From Bugula neritina (taxonomy: Eukaryota; Animalia; Bryozoa): 64,000 nt of DNA. Shown in pieces: positions 50,939-60,863 of this stretch. Position 1 is the stretch's first letter. Every line of letters starts with the position of its first letter. The notes under the pieces are model-generated. The model was not told the DNA's origin, made no database searches, and was given only the letters and a program-made list of their open reading frames with translations. The stretch is taken from the NCBI GenBank assembly GCA_964035545.1, contig OZ037769.1, positions 13,794,633 through 13,858,632 of the forward strand, read 5' to 3'. The position numbers and the translations under genes were made by a program.

Positions 50939-52089
50939 ATGATTTCAAATACCAGGTTCCATGGTAAGCTTGCCTAGACCTAGTATTCCTATCTATGGAA
51001 ACGGGTCTAACATTAGCTAATTCTGATTTAATCGCTCTGATTGAATCACAATTACTGGGGACTGAGTTACACGTGAAAGACGACGAGGACATAACAATGG
51101 CCGACAATCTACTAGATCTGGAGCTTGACACTATGTCCCTCAGTCAGTCTACGCGCCACGACACAGTCCTTCGAGTGCCGTATAAAAATATGCATGACTC
51201 TCAGACTATTAACAGTCGGTTGTCATCAGAATTATGCTGTAAAGATCACACTCGATCTAACAATAGTTCTGCTCTTTCAGATACCACTCGCTCTTCTAAC
51301 CCTAATGATAGGCCGCCATTGGAGATGGCCTGGAACAAAGAGCCTATCCCCGCCACGCTTCCGGAAATACTCCTAACCCAATCCTGCTGGATCACGAAGG
51401 ACACCGAGACACTCATCCAACAAAACAGAGGCGGCGATCAGTGCACCACCTGCCGTCTGTGTCAGTTACATTTTACCACCCCCCGCAGACTCAGAGTCCA
51501 CGTCCCCCAACACTATATTACCACCTTCTGTCCCTGTGGTGAATATAGTCACCACAGGGACTACATCCTCCGCCACCAACGAACAATGGGGTGCCACGCT
51601 GGACATCTTTATGAAGTGGACAAACCCTCTTTTTCTCATTTCCTCGACCTCATCAGGCCATTTATCTCTGACCCGACCCGTTATGAACGGCTGTGCCAAG
51701 AATTCCCTGCCCCCCGTATCATTACACAAGGACCCTGTCCCAAAACCCCGGGGTTTAAGAAACCCCCGACACCTCGCCAGTCACCCCCCTCCCGCACTGT
51801 ACCCTGTCCCAACTCTATACCCCAAGTCGTCTTACAACGAATAGAAGTACCCCAGAGAGGGCGCCTCTCTCCTCCCGTTTCTCCTCGACCCTCCCGTAAG
51901 CGCCGTTGGCTGTCTTCCTCTCCCAATCGCCACTCTTCTCCTGCTAGGAATTTGAAAGAGACGGAGCAACGAATACATGAGTTAGAGAGAGAAGTTCAAC
52001 GGTTGGCACCTAGAATATCTGCCGCCGCTTCCGAGCTCCGGGCTTTCCGTGACTCCGTGGCCCAATTAAAGAGGAATGCCCAAGACTGA
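50939..52089 (+). CDS. Accessory zinc-finger/coiled-coil ORF of element 1 (predicted micro-exon 50939-50963 plus exon 51281-52089; the unspliced ORF 50995-52089 is also open)
   Basis: CRLC-x12-H-x3-H finger, CPCG-x11-H-x5-CH finger, basic RPSRKRR tract and a heptad C-terminus. Homologous to regions of elements 2 and 3. Confidence 0.75.
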
Positions 52090-52405
52090 GTGTCTACTCC
52101 CTCCCTTCGTCCCATTCCACTATCACTTAACTACGCCGCGAGTGGTGCCTCACTTACCGCCTTCTACATATCACTGCCCGGTGCTATAGTAAGGACTCTC
52201 AATACAGACAATCTTTTAGTTAGTACGCAATTATTTTTTTAGTTTTATATAGGCCTTTGGCATAAAAATACCTTGTGATTCTGTTAACGCTGTCTCGTTG
52301 TTTATTTTTGATTGTGTTTTTTTTATATATATATATGTACGCATTTCTTTTTTTAAAATTTTATTAGTCTTATCAGGAAAGTGGGCTTCCTGCTGGGGGG
52401 GGCGA

Positions 52406-53103
52406 TGTGGTGGGGCACGTGGTATTGTGATAAACTTGTGGGTTGAATGTAACTTAGTGCAGAACAAGAGAGGTTGAGGTAGTAGAGTTCAAAAATGTTT
52501 TATTGTAGCAGAATAACTTCGACTTACCCAGGCGAGCTCCAGTAGTAGACTGAATCTACACTGGAACTCGCCTGCTTTTATACACAGAGAACAATAGAGC
52601 ATGTAGACAAGAGATCTTTTGTGGTCCGAAATTCGGCAGCTCCGAAATTCGGCAGAGCCGAAACTCGGCCCACAAATTTCCAGTATCAGTATTATTGCAA
52701 AACGATAAAATAGCAGCACAAAAGAAAATAACTCCGGAATGCGTATTTCAGCAAAATTACATTATGTTGAAAGCTTTAACAATAATCACAATAATTGGGC
52801 ATTAGCAAGCTAGCTTACTACAATTACAGCATTCAAAACGATACGCAACAGTAATCACAATACACGCAGTTATTTCAGAACTAATAGAGGATGAGAATCC
52901 ATTACAGTACGTGCCTCCACGTGCTCCCTAGCCAATCAATTATGTATCAGGTGATACCCCAGCGATGCGGGTACAGAGGGAATTGCATTACTAGTCAGTA
53001 GAGTAGATAGCGTGCTAACTTATAGACGAGATGTAATTTTATAATAACGATACTGGATGTACCTCTTTTCTTGTTATATAATAGTAAATAAAGACATTCT
53101 AAC
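52406..53103 (+). repeat. 3' LTR of element 1, split by a nested solo LTR and truncated at 53103
   Basis: Starts TGTGGT after the PPT, resumes at 52911, and matches the 5' LTR up to ...GACATTCTAAC. Confidence 0.9.
52426..52906 (-). mobile_element. Nested solo LTR of another family (481 bp)
   Basis: TGTGAT...ATTACA with a 4-bp TSD GTAT/GTAC. The minus strand carries TATAAAAG, an Inr-like TCAGTC and AATAAA. Confidence 0.88.
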
Positions 53104-56100
53104 GCTGGAGGTTCTGTGTGGACTACCGCAGACTCAACAGTGTTACCATCCAGGACGCTTACCCTCTCCCACAAATAGACGAGTCTCTGGATGCCCTCCC
53201 TCGCGGGTAGCAAGTACTTCAGTACTCTGGATCTGCTTAGCGGGTACTGGCAAGTACCCCTCAGTCCTGATGCTCAGGACAAAGCAGCATTCATTACTCC
53301 CGAGGGGCTCTGGAAGTGGAAAGTACTGCCGTTTGGACTACGTCTGCCCCGGCAACTTTCCAAAGACTCATGGAGCAGGTCCTCAGTGGATTACACTGGA
53401 AGACCCTCCTAATCTATCTGGATGACGTCATTGTCATCTCCCCAGACTTTACGACTCATGTCAGTCGTCTGCGGGAGGTCTTTGATCGACTCCGGGCTGC
53501 TGGACTGAAGTTGAAACCCTCCAAGTGTGCACTCCTACAGGAAGAAGTCACGTACCTGGGCCATGTGGTTGGCCGTGACGGGGTCGCTACCGATCCGGAG
53601 AAGGTACAGGCTGTGAAGGAGTGGGCCGTCCCCCGGGACCTCTCTGAATTGCGGGCATTCCTGGGCCTGGTAGGGTACTACAGGCAGTACGTACCCGGGT
53701 TTGCAGGGGTGGCTCAGCCTTTGAATCGGCTAACCGCCAAGGGAGTCCGGTGGCAGTGGACACAGGAGGAGCAGCAGGCATTCGACCACCTCAAATAACG
53801 GCTAACGGAGGCGCCGATTCTGGGGTATCCTGATCCAGCCAAGGAATACATCCTGGACACTGACGCCAGCGACCACAGCGTGGGAGCTGTTCTGTCTCAA
53901 GTCCAGGGTGGAAGTGAGGTAGTCGTGGCTTACTACAGCAAGACTCTCGCGGCCGCCGAGAAGAACTACTGCACCACTAGGAAGGAACTCCTAGCAGTAG
54001 TCAAGGCGGTCAAGCACTTTCGGCCATATCTGTATGGGAGAACGTTCCGGTTGCGAACAGACCATGCATCACTGATATGGCTGTGTAAACGTGCAGAGCC
54101 CTCGAGCCAGATGGCTCGTTGGCTAGAGATTCTTGCTGAGTTCTCCTACCGGATAGAGCACCGTGCCGGCAAGAAGCACGGGAACGCTCATGGCATGAGT
54201 CGCCGACCGGTAGAGAACTGCAAGCAATGCCTACACATCGAGAAACGTGATGGGGGACCTGCTTGCCTTGACGTCGAGGCACAGTTGGGGGACGGCAACG
54301 TCTATCGTTGGGAGCACGGCCATCTTCGGCCTGCAACCCACTCAGACGACGTCCAAGCACTTCGTGCTAACCCCACGCTATACCAGAACGTCAAAGAGCT
54401 GTGTCGACTGCAAGAGACACTCCCTGGATCAGTAGCTGACATCTTCCAGGCCAAGAAAGAAGGCAGACGGCCCTCGGAGGGACAGCAACGGCAAGGGGAC
54501 GCAGAGTTCCAGTTCTTCTGCCGCCGCTGGAATTCTCTCCAGATTTGTTCAGACGGTCTCCTGACAATGACACTCGCAGCAGACAACCGGCAACAGGAGA
54601 AGGACCGCGTCGTGTGCCCGCGCGCTCTCCGTCGAGAAATCATCTGGGATACCCACAGACAGGCTCATGCTGGAGTCAGTCGGGTCATCAGATGCCTGCA
54701 GATGCGTTGGTATTGGCCCGGAATGACCAGGGATGTGCGACTGAGAATTCAGCAATGTAAAGTCTGCCAAGCCAGCAAACACGGGCGCCCCACCGAAACC
54801 ACGGGTCGGCGCCGGCTATACGCCGGCCGGCCCTGGCAGGTCGTAGCCGTGGACCTTGTGGGACCAATGCCCACAACGGAGAGGGGGAATTCCTGGATTT
54901 TGGTCTTAACAGACCATTTTACGAGGTGGGCAGACGCCCTGGCTATCCCCGATGCATCGGCACCCACAGTAGCTCGGGTCCTGGATCAACACGTGTTCTG
55001 CTACTTCGGCCTACCCGAGCAGATCCACACTGACAAGGGCGCCCAATTTCAGTCACAACTGTTGAAGGACCTTTGCCAAGTATGGGGGGTGAATCAGAGC
55101 CGGACCACCCCATATCACCCTCAAGGAAACGGAGTGGTAGAAAAAAATAACCGGATGCTGGGTGATGCCCTCCAGAGTCTTTTGTTGGGGAGGAGCCAAG
55201 AAGAGTGGGACATCATGCTACCACAGATAATGCGAGCATATCGAAGTACCCCTCACTCCAGTACAAAAGAGACACCTAATCTGTTGATGTTGGGCCGTGA
55301 AACTAGGGTGCCGGAACACCTTGCTCACCATATTCTGACCCCCGAATTTCCAGTACACAAGTATGTGGGGAAGTTGGTAGAGACCATGAGAAGAGCCCAT
55401 GACGCCTTGAGAGAGAAACAGTGGACGGTGCGGACAGAAGACTCCGAGGAGCCTCCACTATACCAGGAAGGGGACTGGGTGTGGATGGTCAGTTACCGGA
55501 GGCGGCGCGGACAATCGGCTAAATTACAGCCTAAGTTCGTAGGCCCTTACTGCGTGGTAGAGGTTTTACCCAACCATACATACCGTGTGGAGCGCTCAGG
55601 GCAAATATCTGTCCAAAACGAGCAACAGTTGAAACCCTACTACGAAAGCCCAGAGGCTGCAGGGCAGGCACCACCACTGCTGGAACCGGCATGCCAGCCT
55701 ATTTCCCGTGGAAGGAGGAACCAACCCAGAGACTGGGAAATAATTATTCGCGATCCTGGAGAAGTCCGGGACACCTATGACGCCCCGCCACGAAACCTGC
55801 CACCTACTCTACATATCCCTGATTCACCCACCCGGACCAGCCAACCAGAGGCGCCACCACCACCAACACAGACCTCAGAGAGCCTACCCTTGCCACCAAT
55901 ACCTGTTCCAGAAGACATACCCCCTCCGCCGAACGTCCCAAGTCAACCAAACAGCCCTACCAACCCCACTCTGGGGAGAGGAAAGAGAGACAAGAAACCC
56001 CCGAGTTACTTGGCTGACTATCATGTTGGGTGCCTGACTGAACCCCGCTCCTCGAATCATTCACTCCGACCGAATACGAATTCGGACTGTCATCTCGGGC

Positions 56101-57530
56101 CGGACATAAATACACTAACTATTCAAGAAATTCAAGACCAAAATTCGGGGGTAGCCCGACGTCCGGAGTTGTCTAATTTAACTGACCACTTGACCGGTCA
56201 CGTGACCGGCGATCCCACGAGTTTTAAAATTGAAATTCAAAACTCGGCCATTTTCACTTCAACTCTAGACGAAGAAGCACGCTCTCTCGAACTAAAATCA
56301 GAAAACTTAGCAGATATGGAGCCTATTACGACTGAACAAGCTCAAGTCACTACACGATCAGGTATTTCTAGCATACTAAAACCTCCTTTCATGGAGTACA
56401 GTAGCTCGTTCGATTCATTTTCACCCGACCATCAGTGGGAAAATGAGTTGTTCTTTGACAACAAAGGTCAGGGCGATTCAGAAGAGTCCCCAGTCAATGA
56501 CTACCTGCTAGACCAGGAGATTGGACGGGTGTCTCTTCGGCTATCACCTGACCTACCCATTTGTCAGAGAGTACCTTTCAAGGAGATGCCGAATTTCGGC
56601 AATTATAAGGCCAGGTCACCAAAGCCTCTACTTTCTATTGCAGAAGCCATCGAATGTGAGGAGGTCGGGGCGAGTCATACCGACTCCCCGGCCACAGTGA
56701 CTCCTGACCCGGCTACTACCAACCCACCAGAGGCCCCGATGCCGGAGCCCGCACCCACCACCCAGCCAGAGGCAAGTACCTCCCCTCCGGTCGACGGTTC
56801 CCCGTCCGGTGAGGGTTCTCAGATGAAAGATGAGCCCATGTACCAACAGCTGGCTCTTCCCCAGATCTTGACGGAGCGACCCCACTGGACCACGGAGGAG
56901 ACCCGTGCCAAAATAGAACGGGACTGTGGAGAGGCCGGCAACCGCAAGTGTCGCCAATGTAGTAGGAAGTTAACTACTACCAGGCGACTGCGGGTGCATG
57001 TGCCACAACACTACGCCAATGTTTTCTGCCTGTGTGGCGAATTCTCTTTTCAGAGAGATTACGTGCTGAGACACCAGCGCATAGCCCGCTGCCACACGGG
57101 TCAGATATTTGTGGTTGACGAGGCAACATTCCCCGAGTTCCGGGATTTGATCCTCCCCCACATCTGTGACCCCCACAAGCGGGCGACACTCGCCCAGGGG
57201 TTTCCGGCATGCCGCCCAACGCAGGAAACCACGGACGAGGAGGCACCACCAACGTCCCGGCCAGCTGTCACCCGACCCCTCCGGGTTGTGTTGGCTCGGG
57301 TCGACGGAAATGGAGAGACGACCCCGCAGATAGCCGGCCACAAAAGGGGGTGGCGCCAGAACTCCAGAGCCCCAGTTTCCACTCCAGCTCCACCAGAGCA
57401 GGCACGATGTCCCCATGAGGCTGAAGTTCTCCGGCTCCGACGCCAGGTGCGCCGGCTAGATGACGATCTACACACTGTCCGCCGCCGTCTAGACAAACTG
57501 GAAGACTGCAGAAATAGCCGCCGCAATTGA
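53104..57530 (+). pseudogene. pol (RT-RH-IN) of element 2, read in frame into the accessory ZnF/coiled-coil region (micro-exon 56316-56361, exon 56644-57530)
   Basis: ORF 53880..57530 (1216 aa). Only about 2 frameshifts and 1 stop lie upstream of it. Confidence 0.88.
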
Positions 57531-57705
57531 GGTGTAGCTAACGACAATTACTCAGCTCAAACTATATCCTCTTGTTCCCGGTTGTATATTTTTTTATGAT
57601 CTGTAGCTAGTTTCATCCACCCCAAGATATTGTTTTTTTCTATATCTACATAATAGTTTTTTTTATATATATATCGGAAAGGGGTACTTTTCGATAAGGG
57701 GTGAG

Positions 57706-58121
57706 TGTAATAGATTTGCTCAATTATATTATATTCTTCTCCTGCATTGTGATAACTAGAGTTATGTTCCCTCGCCACTTGTTTTTCTTTTAATAATAAT
57801 TATATGTGAGCCGAAACTCGTGCGAAGTCGGAGGCCGAAGACACGAGGTCGGAGGGGGGCCTGTCCGAGATCGGACAGGATTCCCTCCGATGTCGGTCGG
57901 CGGAACTCCGAGCTTCGTACGAGTTTCGGACCCCCATTAGTGGCGGGAATTCCACCATATATAAGTGCGAGTTTTTCGAATCTAAAGTCAGTACTGCACA
58001 GGAGCTGCCCGATGAAGGAAGCAATAAATACTATTAATTACAGTTTAACAAGACTCTTTATTTCATCATAATAATTGGCATGCAGACTACTTAGTCTCTT
58101 CTCATAACCCGCAAAACTACA
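57706..58121 (+). repeat. 3' LTR of element 2
   Basis: TGTAAT...ACTACA, with TATATAAG at ~57958, TCAGT at ~57988 and AATAAA at 58023. Confidence 0.85.
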
Positions 58122-60051
58122 ACAATATATATTTTGTATGTCAAGTTAAATTTAAAATTAATCATAAAGATAATTATCAAGATGAATTTAAAATTAAATG
58201 ATTGCTGATGATGATGTTATGATGATAATGTCCAGCATGATAAAAGTAAATATTCAATAATCATAATGAGAATGACAATCATGAGCCTAAGAGTAATCAT
58301 AACTATTTTTTTTAATTTTCATTTTGATTTGGTTGTAGTTTGAGTGAGACTAAGAGTAAGAGTAATTATACAACTAAATGGTTTAACTAACAGTTAGTGT
58401 TACACTTACTTGTCACTAAATCAGTTGCTGTAGATCAAGATGAAGATGTAACACCAACGAACACTGACAGTCACTGTGACTGTATCAAGTGAGACTGTTG
58501 GTCTAAACTTAGTCTTGCCTTTTAACTTTTAAGTAATGCAGTATTACTACATTCATTACTATTACTATTAGTATTAGTATTACTTAGAGTTTAATGCTTT
58601 TTATTTAGTTGAGTTCACCAACAGTAATGCTGTCATTATCATTATATTCATATAACTTCTGAAATTGGCAATAAACTTAAATTTTAATCAATGTATTGAC
58701 TTCTCATCGCGACACCCCCTAGTTATTGACCCCGATATTGTGCTTCATGATTTTCATTTTTTAATCTTTACTTAGCAGGTACATGCATTTCAATTAGCTG
58801 AGTTTGTGCAAAATTCAAAGTCTAATTAATGATGATAATTGCAAAATTAGATTTTTTCACATAGCAAAATACAGATCAAAAATTCTTGTAACACCCATTT
58901 TAGTAAAAAGAACACCCCTTGATAACTAAAGTGGAAGGGGTTTGGTCGCGAGGAAACGATTGTTTTATTTGAGGCCTTTAAAATTCTGTTTGGCAGGAAA
59001 GTAGCTTCCAATAATTTTCATACAATTTTTTTTTTAATTCAAATGATTTAAAAATTTCAAATGTAGAAGTATACAATAAAACCTAATTAAATTCGAAACA
59101 AAAACAAGTATTGCAATGCACTGAGAAAGTTGTCTTCTCTATTGCCAGTGAAAAACTGTACTCTAAACTTTTGAAACCAGTAAAATTAACTAGTGATGCA
59201 ACAGTGCATCTGACAAATTTTGCACAGGCTTTAGTATATTTGCTGCACCATGCAGTTTTTGATCTGTAGCTACATGTCTTCAATTACAGATAATAGAGGT
59301 TGTTATATTATTATGTGTCTTTTGTTTATCACTAATTACGGACTAGCGAGATGCTACGTTATAATGTCATGTGCATTTGTTTATTAAAATACATATTGGG
59401 TCAAGGACGAACGAGAGACTACGAGATGAAAGATGTCAGCCTACAGTAGATAAACACGCCGATAGACTTTGTGATAAAATAATTATAAATCAGTACTATA
59501 CTTTTGGTCCTTGTATTTCCCCTGGCCGGCCAGACCCCACTTTAAGTTTATTGTTCTTTCGATACTTCAATGTCATGCCTACATACTTCGAGTAACTCTC
59601 AGGTAATTATATACTCACTATACTTAATGTTTCAGAGGTCAGAGCAGCTGAGCTGTTTCAAAATTTCAATTAGCATAACAATTTAATATGTTTTTGAAAA
59701 AATATATTTAAACTTGTTTATTCTTTATAAGAAACATGAGGCATACATTTCAAATATGTTAAAATTCAATGCAATATATTTTCTATGCAACTTAAACTTG
59801 ATTAGCAAAACACCATTATAAAATAGAACACAGGCTGATTTTGTCTGGTGCATATAAATTCAGAAGCGTGTGTGCTCTATATATATTATAATGTGCATGT
59901 GTATTGTTGAATTCTCTACAAATAAAATTCAATAATTAGTACACTTTAAACCAAACATTACTCTATAGATCCTATTTTGTGTATGCAAGTGTGAGTTGAT
60001 AATAATGGCTTTACATGTATTTAAAATTATGCTACAACTTGGTAATAATTT

Positions 60052-60571
60052 TGTAGTTTTGTGCACTACTAGATGGGGTGTTATTGTGTGCTGGTAATTA
60101 CTGCATATCCACTGGGAGGTTATGTGAAGAACCGAACAAGTTGATCATGGAACGAGAGAACTGTATTGAATTAATTACGCACAATAAAATCAGTATACAA
60201 TAAAAGAGAAAAATATAACAATAGTCAGAGTAATTACATATTATGGTTAACTTAGTAGCTACTAGTGTTATGATTTTCAGAATTAGGGTCGATATGCAAT
60301 CCAGAGAGTCTAATTACTTGCTAGAGAACTTCACCAGGATAAGTCGAGTGAACGAGTATATATTTTAAACACAATAACACATTACAAAAACGATACAAAT
60401 ATATTTAATAATTCACACATCTAGACTATTCAACACTCTAACTTCGACTAACTAACAGCGGGAAAACTTCTACTGCTAATAACTATCAAAGCCGCTAATT
60501 GGCTGTCATTGTTCCGGGTCAATTACGCGACCCTGCGTATCGTGCTGCTGGTAGCTCCACAAGCCACCACA
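60052..60571 (-). repeat. 3' LTR of element 3
   Basis: Minus strand TGTGGT...ACTACA directly after a PPT whose context (GGGCTTTCTGCTGG) matches that of element 1. Confidence 0.8.
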
Positions 60572-60863
60572 CCGCCCCCACCAGCAGAAAGCCCTCTTTC
60601 TGATATAAAAAATATATTTCGTCATTACCCACGTACATCAGTAGACCAAAGAAAAGACATAATACATATAAAGATATACAATAACAGGCAGAGTCATTAT
60701 AACAGCAGGTTACGTACAATTGGCCAGCTATAGAGAAGGAATACCGGCTAGTTGTAGTATTGGACAAGGAATCGAGCTGTTGAGCAGTCAAGCATTTACA
60801 CGATAGTCTTGGGTCTCCCAAGAGGACGAGGCTTGTGGATCATTCCGGGCAACAGAACCAGAG

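Larger units (their letters stand above)
45170..53103 (+). mobile_element. Ty3/Gypsy LTR retrotransposon, element 1 (near full length, degenerate; 3' LTR interrupted and truncated)
   Basis: Order is 5' LTR, PBS, gag with CCHC, PR (LLDSG), RT (YLDD), RNase H (DTDAS), IN (HHCC, DDE, GPY-like), accessory ORF, PPT (G8 at 52395-52402), then 3' LTR. Confidence 0.95.
53104..58121 (+). mobile_element. Ty3/Gypsy element 2, 5'-truncated within RT, with an intact 3' LTR
   Basis: Begins at [11 protein letters not shown], followed by YLDD, RNase H and IN. PPT AAGGGGTGAG precedes the LTR 57706-58121. Confidence 0.93.

Noticed and set aside
50995-52089. env gene
   Set aside because: No signal peptide, fusion peptide or transmembrane segment; it has zinc fingers and basic tracts instead.
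58700-58960. Possible degenerate MITE (TCATCGCGACACCCC versus GGGGTTTGGTCGCGAGGA)
   Set aside because: The inverted match is short and gapped, with no TSD.
59300-59585. Possible further solo LTR
   Set aside because: TGT...ACA ends are present, but there is no TSD and no similarity to other LTRs in the window.
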